Positions 29,145 to 39,122 of a stretch of 64,000 nucleotides of DNA are shown one piece after another. The translations under genes were made by a program, and so were the position numbers. The notes beneath the pieces were generated by a model, which did not search any database, had not been told where the DNA came from, and was given only the letters and a program-made list of their open reading frames with translations. The stretch is from positions 7,970 to 71,969 of the forward strand of contig CANLII010000003.1 of the NCBI GenBank assembly GCA_947491315.1, in the 5' to 3' direction. Source of the stretch: Ignavibacteria bacterium. Its GTDB lineage: Bacteria > Bacteroidota > Ignavibacteria > Kapaibacteriales > UBA961. The first letter of the stretch is position 1, and every line of letters begins with the position of its first letter.

Positions 29145-31334
29145 TCAATGTGCTCCGACCGCTTTGATGTCTTTGCCAAGACGCTGTAAATACGCAATCA
29201 ATGCAATGATTTCTTTGTTTGCATCAACAGGCATGGTCTTATTTTCAGGCAAATCATTGGCTATTTCTTCCGCTTGAGCTCTTGCTACTTTTTCAGCTTT
29301 TTGCTCCATGCCTTCGGGATAGGGGACGCCAAGTTTTCTCATGGTGATGATTTTCCCTTCCAATTCATGATACATTGTATTGTCCGTAAATAACCATGGA
29401 TATGCTGGCATGATGGTTCCTGGAGAAATTGTCTGTGGCTCCATCATATGCATATAATGCCATGCATGAGGGTATTTCCCACCAACTCTGTGAAGATCGG
29501 GACCTGTTCTTTTAGAACCCCAAAGGAATGGATGATCATACACAAATTCGCCTGCTTTTGAATATTCACCATATCGCTCTGTTTCTGAGCGGAATGGTCG
29601 AATCATTTGGGAATGACATCCTACGCATCCTTCGCGGATATAAATGTCACGACCTTGTAGCTCAAGCGGTGTATATGGTTTTACGGATGAAATGGACGGA
29701 ATATTAGATTGAATGATTGCCGTGGGAACATATTCGATGATTCCACCTATTAAAACTACAATGAGTGATAATACCGCAAAACGCAATGGTTTGGCTTCCA
29801 ATACTCTATGCCAATGCTTATGTGTTGTGGACACAGACTCAGCTAAAGGTGCGGACTTCACATGTTCATCAGTAAGCAATGAACCTGATTTTGCGGTTTT
29901 ATAAAGATTGTATGCTGCAACACATGCGCCGATAATATACAGTGTGCCACCCACGGCTCTGATCATATACATCGGAATCAATTGTGTGACTGTTTCAAGG
30001 AAATTCGCATATCGCAATGTGCCATCGGGAAGGAATTCTTTCCACATGAGCGATTGCATGATTCCGCCGATATACATCGGAATTGCATAAAATAAAATAC
30101 CGAGTGTCGCGGCCCAAAAATGAATATTGGCCAATTTCAAAGAATAGAGTTTTGTGCGGTAGATTCTTGGAATGATATAATATAACATGCCATATGCCAA
30201 TCCGCCATTCCAAGCAAGCGCACCAAGATGAACATGAGCGATGATATAGTCAGTGTAATGAGCAATTGCATTTACATTTTTCAATGACATCATTGGTCCT
30301 TCAAATGTACTCATGCCATATGCTGTTACTCCAACCACCATGAATTTCAATACGGGGTCTTCACGCACTTTGTCCCAAGCTCCCCGTAGAGTTAATAATC
30401 CATTCACCATTCCACCCCAAGAAGGTGCAATAAGCATGATTGAAAAGACGGTTCCAAGAGATTGTGCCCAATCCGGAAGTGCAGTATACAATAAGTGATG
30501 AGGTCCTGCCCAGATATAGAGAAAGATCAATGCCCAGAAATGCACGATGGACAATCGATAAGAAAAGACCGGTCTATTCGCCGCCTTGGGAATGAAATAA
30601 TACATGATCCCCAAAAATGGTGTCGTCAAGAAAAATGCAACGGCATTATGTCCATACCACCACTGCACCAATGCATCTTGCACGCCGGCATAGAAAGAAT
30701 AACTTTTCAAAAGTGATACTGGCAATTCAAATGAGTTAACGATATGGAGCAGTGCAACGGTGAGGAATGTGGCGATATAAAACCAAATCGATACGAACAT
30801 GTGTTTTTCTCTTCTTTTGAAGATGGTCCCCATCATATTCCATCCGAAAATCACCCAGACTGCGGCAATGGCTATATCAATTGGCCATTCCAATTCTGCA
30901 TATTCTTTGCTCGTTGTGAATCCGAGAGGAAGTGTCAATGCGGCACTGACAATGATTAATTGCCATCCCCAGAAATGTACTTTGCTCAATGTATCAGAGT
31001 ACATTCTTGCTTTTGTCAATCTCTGCAATGAATAATATACCCCCATGAACATTGCATTGCCTGCAAAAGCAAAGATCACCGAATTTGTATGCAATGGTCT
31101 CAAACGGCCATATGATAACTCAGGAATGAATCCGAGAAAATCCGGCCACACTAATTTCAATGCGACGATGAGCCCAACAAGAAATCCGACTATTGACCAA
31201 ATTGTGGTGGCCCACGCAAAATTTTTGACAATGGCATTGTCATAAGCAAAGGATTCGAGGGTGCTTCGCCCCGATATTTCTTGAGAAGTACCTTCCGGGA
31301 ACGATGAGTGTTCACTTTCATTGCTCATTCCCAT
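29145..31334 (-). CDS. ccoNO: cbb3-type cytochrome c oxidase, fused subunits I and II (CcoN-CcoO)
   Basis: 729 aa. The first ~470 aa are a 12-helix haem-copper oxidase subunit I with conserved His ligands. The C-terminal ~230 aa are CcoO-like with a mono-haem CVGCHSQ motif. The start is probably the second ATG (31328), preceded by AAGGAG. Confidence 0.85.
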   Translation of the reverse strand: MGMSNESEHSSFPEGTSQEISGRSTLESFAYDNAIVKNFAWATTIWSIVGFLVGLIVALKLVWPDFLGFIPELSYGRLRPLHTNSVIFAFAGNAMFMGVYYSLQRLTKARMYSDTLSKVHFWGWQLIIVSAALTLPLGFTTSKEYAELEWPIDIAIAAVWVIFGWNMMGTIFKRREKHMFVSIWFYIATFLTVALLHIVNSFELPVSLLKSYSFYAGVQDALVQWWYGHNAVAFFLTTPFLGIMYYFIPKAANRPVFSYRLSIVHFWALIFLYIWAGPHHLLYTALPDWAQSLGTVFSIMLIAPSWGGMVNGLLTLRGAWDKVREDPVLKFMVVGVTAYGMSTFEGPMMSLKNVNAIAHYTDYIIAHVHLGALAWNGGLAYGMLYYIIPRIYRTKLYSLKLANIHFWAATLGILFYAIPMYIGGIMQSLMWKEFLPDGTLRYANFLETVTQLIPMYMIRAVGGTLYIIGACVAAYNLYKTAKSGSLLTDEHVKSAPLAESVSTTHKHWHRVLEAKPLRFAVLSLIVVLIGGIIEYVPTAIIQSNIPSISSVKPYTPLELQGRDIYIREGCVGCHSQMIRPFRSETERYGEYSKAGEFVYDHPFLWGSKRTGPDLHRVGGKYPHAWHYMHMMEPQTISPGTIMPAYPWLFTDNTMYHELEGKIITMRKLGVPYPEGMEQKAEKVARAQAEEIANDLPENKTMPVDANKEIIALIAYLQRLGKDIKAVGAH

Positions 31335-31440
31335 CTCCTTGACATAGTTGATAGACTAGATGATCTGTTTGAATACAGTCACTTTTCGAACATGTCAAAA
31401 TTGGGGTCTTGCGATTCCGGAAACAATGATATTTGTCATA

Positions 31441-32001
31441 TTAAATGGATTGAATCCACTTAGGTGAGAGTGTGAGAATATGGGAGTGTACAGAACATTT
31501 CGAATGATGAGCCCCGGGCAAATAACTTGTGCTCATCAAGAATTCATTCACAATTTCCCCGCCTGTGAATGTGAAGGTATGTTTGAAGAGCTTTGTCCAT
31601 TCTTCTCGATTATTGGAAATATGCGCATCCAGCCAATACATGAATGAGCCATATTCTTTTTGCAAGTGTAGTATTTGACCTGCATTGTGAATCACGGCTT
31701 TGATTTTTGCTCTATTGCGAATGATGGATGCATCTCCAAGTAAACGCTCGATATCTTGTTCCCCATACCTTGCAATTGTTGCAATATCGAATCCCTCAAA
31801 CGCTTCTCTAAAATGATATCGTTTTTTGAGAATGGTCAGCCAAGAAAGTCCTGCTTGATTGATTTCCAAACATAATCGTTCAAACAGTGCATTGTCCGAA
31901 TCCAATGGATAACCATATTCTGCATCATGATATGCTATATGCAATGGAGAACAATGCTCTTGAAGTATGTAGTCGCAATAAGATGGAGTGCTTGCATTCA
32001 T
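31441..32001 (-). CDS. tag: DNA-3-methyladenine glycosylase I
   Basis: 186 aa with Tag-family motifs (YHDAEYGYP, FEGFD, zinc-binding Cys and His at the C-terminus). Confidence 0.85.
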   Translation of the reverse strand: MNASTPSYCDYILQEHCSPLHIAYHDAEYGYPLDSDNALFERLCLEINQAGLSWLTILKKRYHFREAFEGFDIATIARYGEQDIERLLGDASIIRNRAKIKAVIHNAGQILHLQKEYGSFMYWLDAHISNNREEWTKLFKHTFTFTGGEIVNEFLMSTSYLPGAHHSKCSVHSHILTLSPKWIQSI

Positions 32002-32045
32002 GGCACATAGCCCCTTTTTTTACGCAGTGAATGCCGAGAAACGAG

Positions 32046-32118
<73 letters not shown>

Positions 32119-32128
32119 GGTCATACAA

Positions 32129-32935
32129 TCAATTGAATAATCCAATCATGAAGCCAAGTTGAAATGCTAAACCTGATGCTCCAATTCCGGAAGAAACATT
32201 ATTGACAGTTGCCTTGCCATTTTCCTTCCAATCTCCCATGAAACTCAATGCATATCCCGCATGAGCACGAACAGTAACGATTCTTGGTTTGTCGCTTCCA
32301 AGCAATGCCGGAGCAAATTCAATGCTCAGTCCGGGATTGATTATGAAATAATTATTTCTCAAGGTATGATTGAATACATTTACATCATTTGGACTACCAC
32401 CAATTGTATTATTAGATGTCTCAATGCCTTTCGCATATTGATTCGTGGTAATTTCCATTGTGCCCCAACCTCCGGAAACTCCCGGAATGAGATACAATGA
32501 TTTTGCCAAGGAAAATGCATAGTCAAAGCCAAATCCTGTATATGCATTGGACAAAGAAGCAGAGCGCAAATACTCTTTTTGATTGATCGTAAATTCTGTT
32601 TCGGCAGTACTGATGTCTCCGCCGAGATTTGAAATAGAAATACGAACATTCGGAAGTATGCCTATTGTGGCTACGCCAATTGCACCGGTCATTGTAAGAG
32701 GTGTGGTTAATTCACTGAGTCCTGCAGTGGAAAGTTGTGCATTCACATCTTTCAAATCGGGAGTAAAGAGGGAAACCACAAAACCACCACCCACGCCGAA
32801 GTATGGTACTTTCTCTTCTTGAATGACAGTTTCTTCGAATGTCAATTCATCCAATCTGTCATCCTGTGCTTTGAGTGAAGCGATGCATGTACATAGCATG
32901 GCAAGCACAATCATGGAGTTCTTGAATATATTCAT
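32129..32935 (-). CDS. hypothetical outer-membrane beta-barrel (porin-family) protein
   Basis: The internal start gives a signal peptide MNIFKNSMIVLAMLCTCIASLKAQDD. The body is Gly- and aromatic-rich alternating strands, ending ...GFMIGLFN. The ORF track starts upstream at 33109. Confidence 0.5.
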   Translation of the reverse strand: MNIFKNSMIVLAMLCTCIASLKAQDDRLDELTFEETVIQEEKVPYFGVGGGFVVSLFTPDLKDVNAQLSTAGLSELTTPLTMTGAIGVATIGILPNVRISISNLGGDISTAETEFTINQKEYLRSASLSNAYTGFGFDYAFSLAKSLYLIPGVSGGWGTMEITTNQYAKGIETSNNTIGGSPNDVNVFNHTLRNNYFIINPGLSIEFAPALLGSDKPRIVTVRAHAGYALSFMGDWKENGKATVNNVSSGIGASGLAFQLGFMIGLFN

Positions 32936-33023
32936 GGTCATTGGAAAGTATGGTACAATCGCATTCCGCTTAATAGAGCATGCAAAAATAAGGAATTCTT
33001 GGAAAGTATACCGAATAAGCTTG

Positions 33024-33806
33024 TCATTGTCCTGAAAATTGTGCGGGTCTCTTTTCCAAAAATGCCAATGTACCCTCTTTGAAATCATGAGTTCCACATA
33101 TATCTCCAAAAATAATCGCCTCGCTTTCCATTCCTTCTTGCGTACCCAAGTCTTCTGCGGCTCTTATTGCTTTCAAACTTGCGGAAATCGCCAATGGCGC
33201 TTTTGATACTATTAATTCGGCAATCTTCATGCATTCATCAATGAGCGTTTCGGATGAAAAAACCTTATTGACAAGACCAATTCTCAAAGCTTCTTCTGAA
33301 TCAATGATGGCTCCGCTCAAGATTAATTCCATGGATTGTGCTCTTCCAACCAATGTTGTGAGTCTTTGTGTGCCACCATAACCAGGAATGATGCCAAGAT
33401 TTACTTCGGGTTGACCAAATTTTGCTTGAGGAGCGGCAAATCTCATATGACAAGCCAATGCTAATTCGCAACCTCCACCCAATGCAAATCCATTGACTGC
33501 AGCAATGACGGGCTTATTCAAATATTCCAATTCAGTGAAGATTGATTGGCCAAAGCGGGCAAAATCGGCACCTGTTTCAGCATTCTGCTTATGTAATTGT
33601 GCGATGTCTGCACCGGCTGCAAAAGCTTTTGGTCCTGCACCGGTAATAATAATAGCACGACAAAGTTCTGAATTTGCACAAAATTGGAGCGCTTTTTGCA
33701 GCTCAGTCAATAAGATTGCATTTAAGGCGTTTAATTTGTCCGGTCTATTCAGAGTGATAAGGCAAACATGGCCTTTTTCTTCAAGAATGATGGTTTCATA
33801 GTTCAT
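33024..33806 (-). CDS. enoyl-CoA hydratase/isomerase (crotonase) family protein
   Basis: 260 aa with the crotonase-fold motifs ITGAGPKAFAAGADI and AAVNGFALGGGCELALACHMRFAA. Confidence 0.85.
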   Translation of the reverse strand: MNYETIILEEKGHVCLITLNRPDKLNALNAILLTELQKALQFCANSELCRAIIITGAGPKAFAAGADIAQLHKQNAETGADFARFGQSIFTELEYLNKPVIAAVNGFALGGGCELALACHMRFAAPQAKFGQPEVNLGIIPGYGGTQRLTTLVGRAQSMELILSGAIIDSEEALRIGLVNKVFSSETLIDECMKIAELIVSKAPLAISASLKAIRAAEDLGTQEGMESEAIIFGDICGTHDFKEGTLAFLEKRPAQFSGQ

Positions 33807-33885
33807 GATAATGATCCGAGACTGATAGAATCGTACTTTTAAAGGCGCAATTTACCATTTTCCGCCTTGCATTGATATTCGATAA

Positions 33886-35418
33886 TTGAGAGAAAATATG
33901 CGTAAACACTTCAAATATGTATGGCTCATTTGGTTATTGGCGATTACCATGCTGATTCCCATGAATGATACTTCTGCGGCTTCTAGAAAAAAAGGAAAAT
34001 CTTCTTCCTCACGAACCGTGAAGAAAAAGTCAGGAAAAAGCTCTAAAAAGTCATCTTCGAAACAATCCAAAAAATCCAAAAAAGGAAAAAAATCCAGAAA
34101 AGGAAAAGGAAAGAAATCATCTAACTCAAATCACAATCAACTTGTCTCAATCAATGGAAGGCAGAATTTCATTGAGGATATAATGATTGCTCCGGGACTT
34201 CGATATATGCATTTTCTTTATGGTCCTTTGAAACATCCGGTATATGCCGTTGAAATGGATGCAAATGATCCTTCACTAAAAGTTGGCGTCATAAAAGGAA
34301 ATAATAAGAATGATGGTCTCGAAAGAATAGGTGATATGTTCAATAGAATTGATTCAACCGTTAGAGACAGTTTGCTTTCAGCGGTAAATGCAAATTTTTG
34401 GCGTGCTTATCGCAATACTGCAATTGGACCATTGGTTTTGAATGGCGAAGTGATTCAAATGGGTAATGAGAAGAATTGGACAAGTGCATTCTTTGACGCC
34501 AAGAATAAAATGTATATCGGAAAATATGATTTGCAAGGTGTCATCAGAACTGAGAAAGGTGAAACATATCGCATCGCTTTCACCAATGAAAGACCAAGCA
34601 TGGATGGTATTGCATTGTATAATCTCTATGGTGGAAATTCGATTCCTCATGTGCCGAATATGCAAGTGGACAAAGCGGCAGAGGATTTCTTGGAAAATAG
34701 GCCGCAGTCTGCAGAAGACTCAACGGAAGAAGAACTTGATATGGAACAATTGAAAGCTGAATTGGCTGAAATGAAGAGACAATCCAATATTGAATATCCA
34801 TTGATCAAAGTGCAAGTACGCTTTCTGCGCTCACCATCGGTGAATAAGGAAGTTCCTTGCTTGGTCAATGCTGTGGATACAGGAACTGTGGCAATGCCGC
34901 TTCGAGGTGCTATCATTTCTTTGGGTAGAGACTTTCTCTCCGGAAAGTTACCGGTGGCTGGGGATACTCTATTTATCAAGTATTATACGAGCGAGAGTGA
35001 TACGATGCCTTTTGTTCAAGCGGTTTGTGGCACTCCGAGATTAATGGAAGCCGGTGAATTGCGTACGCAAGGAGTGAGTGAAGGTGCGAGAAATAGCAGA
35101 TTTATCGGACATAATCTTCCGAGAACAGCAGTGGGAACAAATACGCTAAAGACAAAGAATTGGCTTGTTCTTGTTGACCCATCAGGCAAGGGAAGGGGAG
35201 CAACATTGGATCAAATGGGTGCAATCATGAAGAAGCTTGGAGCACATGATGCTCTTAATCTCGATGGTGGAGGTTCTTCCATGATGATGGTTTGCGGTGA
35301 GAATGTATGTACCAATTCCAGAGTGCCGACAGGCAGAAGGATATCATGCGCTTTGGCTGTATTCAGAAAACAGAAAGTATTGCGAGAACGATTGCAAGAA
35401 CAAAATCCGATAGAATAA
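33886..35418 (+). CDS. phosphodiester glycosidase-family (DUF2233/NAGPA-like) exported protein with a Lys/Ser-rich low-complexity linker
   Basis: Signal peptide, then about 55 aa of K/S/G low complexity ([45 protein letters not shown]). The C-terminal domain carries [14 protein letters not shown], characteristic of phosphodiester glycosidases. Confidence 0.6.
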   Translation: MRENMRKHFKYVWLIWLLAITMLIPMNDTSAASRKKGKSSSSRTVKKKSGKSSKKSSSKQSKKSKKGKKSRKGKGKKSSNSNHNQLVSINGRQNFIEDIMIAPGLRYMHFLYGPLKHPVYAVEMDANDPSLKVGVIKGNNKNDGLERIGDMFNRIDSTVRDSLLSAVNANFWRAYRNTAIGPLVLNGEVIQMGNEKNWTSAFFDAKNKMYIGKYDLQGVIRTEKGETYRIAFTNERPSMDGIALYNLYGGNSIPHVPNMQVDKAAEDFLENRPQSAEDSTEEELDMEQLKAELAEMKRQSNIEYPLIKVQVRFLRSPSVNKEVPCLVNAVDTGTVAMPLRGAIISLGRDFLSGKLPVAGDTLFIKYYTSESDTMPFVQAVCGTPRLMEAGELRTQGVSEGARNSRFIGHNLPRTAVGTNTLKTKNWLVLVDPSGKGRGATLDQMGAIMKKLGAHDALNLDGGGSSMMMVCGENVCTNSRVPTGRRISCALAVFRKQKVLRERLQEQNPIE

Positions 35419-35466
35419 AAAAAGCGGGATGATCAAATGAGATCATCCCGCTTTTTATTTTTTATA
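35414..35466. terminator. bidirectional intrinsic terminator between the convergent genes
   Basis: An A-run, then an 11-bp perfect stem GCGGGATGATC / GATCATCCCGC with loop AAATGA, then a T-run (TTTTTATTTTTT). It sits between the stops of the + gene (35418) and the - gene (35472). Confidence 0.8.
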
Positions 35467-35471
35467 TTCTA

Positions 35472-36452
35472 TCAATAGGAATAGCGTTTTGCATCGCCGG
35501 TTGCAAGTGGTGCAAGATCGCGATGTTCGAGTCTGCGAACACCGATCAAGCGTGTGTCATAATAAGTACTTTCAAGTGAAGAAACCGTTACGCCATAGCG
35601 TGAACTCGCATGAGCGAAGAGATTATCTCCAAGATAAATACCGATATGTGATACATACACTTCTTTGCGTGTGTGGAAGAAAACCAAGTCGCCAAATTTC
35701 ATTTCTGATCTATTGCGAATAGGTCTTCCTACATTCCATTGTGTTGCAGCCGTTCTTGGGAGTGTGATGTCTCCCGCACCTGCAAACACAGCCCTTGTGA
35801 ATGCTGAACAATCAATTCCTGACTTAGAAGTACCACCGTACACATATGTGGTTCCTACCCAGTTCATGATTTCATCCATAATGGCCTTTCTAGCGATTCC
35901 ACCATCAGTCGTTTCATTCGATGTAGGATCATTTGGATCGCTGTCGATATATGAAAGCCATAATGAGCGGAATGCATCCATGTCAACTACAACATCGTCT
36001 TCTTCTTCAAGTTCGGATAAATCCTCACCTTCGGAAAGTATGTCGCCGGAAACGGCATCTGATGTAGTTAACTCACCTTGATCAATGTGAGTTGTATTGG
36101 ACTGTTGTTCTAAGAGAGCCTCGGCAATAGAGCCAGTATTCGTGGCATTGTCTGTTGTCGGGGTTAGGTCAGATTCCGATTGTAAACCGGCCAGTCTTGA
36201 CAAATCATCATTATTGTTGAGATAGTCGAAAGCAAGTCTCTTGCCTGCGACTTTATCACATTTTGTTTTTGAAACATGTACGATTTGATAACGCTTCTTT
36301 GATTTCTTTTTCTTAGAAGCTACTTGTTTCGTTACCTTTCGCTTACCCGATTTACTTCGGGCAGCATATGAGCTATTGGTTGGCAAAGCTAAAGCAATCA
36401 CGAAGAGAACCAAGCTGAGCCAGAAAGGTACGAGGGGTATGGACTTACGCAT
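35472..36452 (-). CDS. NlpC/P60 (C40) cell-wall peptidase with a basic Lys-rich N-terminal segment followed by an acidic segment
   Basis: The C-terminal region YVYGGTSKSGIDCSAFTRAVF...VSHIGIYLGDNLFAHASS carries the Cys-His catalytic motifs of NlpC/P60. The N-terminal region after the signal peptide is K-rich (SKSGKRKVTKQVASKKKKSKKRY), followed by a D/E-rich stretch. The ATG at 36452 was chosen; the track uses GTG at 36458. Confidence 0.75.
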   Translation of the reverse strand: MRKSIPLVPFWLSLVLFVIALALPTNSSYAARSKSGKRKVTKQVASKKKKSKKRYQIVHVSKTKCDKVAGKRLAFDYLNNNDDLSRLAGLQSESDLTPTTDNATNTGSIAEALLEQQSNTTHIDQGELTTSDAVSGDILSEGEDLSELEEEDDVVVDMDAFRSLWLSYIDSDPNDPTSNETTDGGIARKAIMDEIMNWVGTTYVYGGTSKSGIDCSAFTRAVFAGAGDITLPRTAATQWNVGRPIRNRSEMKFGDLVFFHTRKEVYVSHIGIYLGDNLFAHASSRYGVTVSSLESTYYDTRLIGVRRLEHRDLAPLATGDAKRYSY

Positions 36453-36566
36453 AATCACCTCTGATGTTGAAAAATTACCTTGTCTGGTTGTATGGTGCCG
36501 ATCCTGTGAGGAGGTATCGACGTTCTTCCGGGCGGCGCGTCTGTTGAGCCGATAGCGGAAGCTTAA

Positions 36567-38420
36567 TTAGCGTTCTCTGAAACGCACTCTTTCGAGTGAT
36601 ATTGTTCCAAAGACTCCCGGGCGGAGACCGATAACGGAAGTTTGTGCTAATCGATAGTTAACTGTATAATATAAAAACACCCAAGGAGCTTGCTCAATAA
36701 TGATGCGCTCCATTTCATTGTATGCATTGAATCTTTGTTCAGGTTTAATGCCCGGCCAAAGAGCCAATTCATACAGGGAATCAACACTTCGATGTGAAAA
36801 TCTTGTGTCATTCAGGCCTTTGGGTGAGACCATTTTCGAATAAAAAAGTGCGAGTACATTCTCCGGATCGGGATAATCCGCAATCCAATTCCCACGCCAG
36901 AAACCAATCTTCCCTGAATGCATCATAGATGAATGTTCGGGAAAATTGACCTGCCTTAAAGCGACTTTGATGCCGAACTTGAGCCATTGTTGTTGCAATG
37001 CCTCAACTACTTGCACTGTGGTCGCATTATTTCCGGATTGAAGTGTTATCTCAGGCAAACCTTGTCCGCCGGGATAACCTGCTTCCATCAATAATGCTTT
37101 TGCTTTGACAGGGTCATATGCATATCCTTTGACTTCATTCGAAAAGCCGGGCATTGTCGGGGATAAAGGTCCGTGCTCTGCAGGGATTCCCTTTCCTTTC
37201 AAGACATATTTGCAAAGCGCCTTGCGGTCAATTGCATAATTCAGAGCTTGTCTGATTGCTTTTGATTTCCACAATGGCAAGCGTGATGTTTCGGCATTTG
37301 CCGATTCTTCAAGCATTATTCCACAAAAGACTATGTCCTGTGCCTCTTCTCTATGAAGCGTGTGACTTGCATATGATTCAGTGAGTTTGTCATTATCAAA
37401 AACCTTCGGCAAAAAAATTGGATCTATGGAGAGAATCATATCGAGATTCCCATTATCGTATTCCAAAAATTCTGTTTTTGTGTCCTTGATGAATTCTACA
37501 ATGACTGTATCCAAATAGGGTAATCTCTGTCCGGATTCGTCAAACTCATGATACAATGAATTGCGCCTGAGCTCAATGAATCTGTCCTGCTCCCATCTGT
37601 GAAATGCAAATGGGCCAGTTCCTATCGGGTGATTTCCAAATGATGTGCCATACAATTGAATCGCTTCTTTCGGAACGATTCTGCAATAGGGCATTGTCAA
37701 TAAGGAAAGCAATGGTGCAAAAGGCTTGTTCAAAACCAGTGACACCGTGCTGTCATCAACAACTTTTAAACCTTCAATATGCCGATTGCTCTCTCCAAGC
37801 TTAGTGGCCTTGTGGAATTCCTCTGCACCGGAAAATCGGTCGCGAAAAATCCAAAAACCCGTGGTCTTCGTTCGAGCATCGCAAATCCGCTCAAAACTGA
37901 ATTTCACATCTTCTGCCTTGAATTTCCTCGTGAATGAGGGAGCTTTAAAGCATGAGTCTTTGTGAAATGAAATATCCGTACGAAGCGAGAATGTCCAAGT
38001 CAAACCTGTTTCATCAACAGTCCAAGACTTTGCAAGTCCCGGAATAATCGCTCCATTGGAATCCAATTTCACCAAAGTCTCAAAGATATGACCTCCAATA
38101 TGAATCGGTCCGGATATTCCGGCCATTGCGGGGTCAAGAGTTGTTAAACCCTGTGGTTCATTATAGGTGAATGTCGCATCTTTTTTAGTGACTGCATCTC
38201 CGCAAGAAGCGAATGATACAGTGCCTAGTATGATGCAAATCTGTATTCCTATTTTCAAAGAACTATCTGCTTCATGGAAGAAACAGTCTTTCAGTTTACG
38301 AAGAAAGTATGTAAACCAAGAGGGTGCAACTAAAGAATTTTTTATCACATAGCCAAGTAAATCAAGAACTTGCATCATTTTGAAGGGTAAATTGAGTATA
38401 AATGAACAAAGTGGTGTCAA
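36567..38420 (-). CDS. ABC transporter substrate-binding protein, family 5 (peptide/nickel, OppA-like); probably a lipoprotein
   Basis: About 560 aa of family-5 SBP fold (ATFTYNEPQGLTTLDPA, ...YPDPENVLALFYS). The annotated N-terminus is too long. An in-frame TTG at 38258 would give MKIGIQICIILGTVSFASCGD, a clean lipoprotein signal. Confidence 0.7.
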   Translation of the reverse strand: MTPLCSFILNLPFKMMQVLDLLGYVIKNSLVAPSWFTYFLRKLKDCFFHEADSSLKIGIQICIILGTVSFASCGDAVTKKDATFTYNEPQGLTTLDPAMAGISGPIHIGGHIFETLVKLDSNGAIIPGLAKSWTVDETGLTWTFSLRTDISFHKDSCFKAPSFTRKFKAEDVKFSFERICDARTKTTGFWIFRDRFSGAEEFHKATKLGESNRHIEGLKVVDDSTVSLVLNKPFAPLLSLLTMPYCRIVPKEAIQLYGTSFGNHPIGTGPFAFHRWEQDRFIELRRNSLYHEFDESGQRLPYLDTVIVEFIKDTKTEFLEYDNGNLDMILSIDPIFLPKVFDNDKLTESYASHTLHREEAQDIVFCGIMLEESANAETSRLPLWKSKAIRQALNYAIDRKALCKYVLKGKGIPAEHGPLSPTMPGFSNEVKGYAYDPVKAKALLMEAGYPGGQGLPEITLQSGNNATTVQVVEALQQQWLKFGIKVALRQVNFPEHSSMMHSGKIGFWRGNWIADYPDPENVLALFYSKMVSPKGLNDTRFSHRSVDSLYELALWPGIKPEQRFNAYNEMERIIIEQAPWVFLYYTVNYRLAQTSVIGLRPGVFGTISLERVRFRER

Positions 38421-38559
38421 TCGTTACAACTCGTTCGCTTTCAATTAATTATGGAAAAATATCGCAAAATAGTTTATGGCGATTTTTGCGATTAAAGTTT
38501 TTTTCAAAGTGTGGAAAAAAACTGACATATCGGGTATCGGAAAGGCATATTTTTGCCAG

Positions 38560-39105
38560 ATGAAGATGTCCTCACTACAAAAATCACTCTTTGCGAGTTT
38601 CTTGTTTTTCGTCTCACTCTGGTTTGGCGGTGGTTTAATTCGCACAGCCATTGGTTTTGATGTATTCCTACCCGGAACATTGGATATCAAACCATTTTTA
38701 CATCAAGAACAAATTAACTATTCTCTTCGATTGATGGGAATCACTGCGTATTATACCATCACGGGATATGTTCTTGGTTTTTTGAGTGCTTTGATCCTCA
38801 TGTTTACGCTTATTGGAAATATCAAGAAGAGAGGTTGGCTATTTATGGGCGCAATGTTGTTTTTCCTATTTGCACCCTATGAATTCTATCTTGCTTGGCT
38901 TGATCTTCAATTGATTTATCGTGTCAATGCAATTGATTTTGTAAATTTGCTCAAGGACGATGGTTTACTGATACTGTTCAAACAGCGCTTCCATCCATGG
39001 ATGACGGCAATTGGTTTCCTCTCCTTACTCTCCTATATCACCGCTCTTCTCTTTTTGGCGTGGCAGCCGCTGAAAGCACATGAGAAAGCGGAACATGTAC
39101 AATGA
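38560..39105 (+). CDS. hypothetical small polytopic membrane protein
   Basis: About 180 aa counted from the internal Met (MKMSSLQKSLFASFLFFVSLWFGG...), with 4-5 hydrophobic helices and no recognisable family. The track ORF starts at 38476. Confidence 0.4.
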   Translation: MKMSSLQKSLFASFLFFVSLWFGGGLIRTAIGFDVFLPGTLDIKPFLHQEQINYSLRLMGITAYYTITGYVLGFLSALILMFTLIGNIKKRGWLFMGAMLFFLFAPYEFYLAWLDLQLIYRVNAIDFVNLLKDDGLLILFKQRFHPWMTAIGFLSLLSYITALLFLAWQPLKAHEKAEHVQ

Positions 39106-39122
39106 TTTTTCATTGAAAAACC

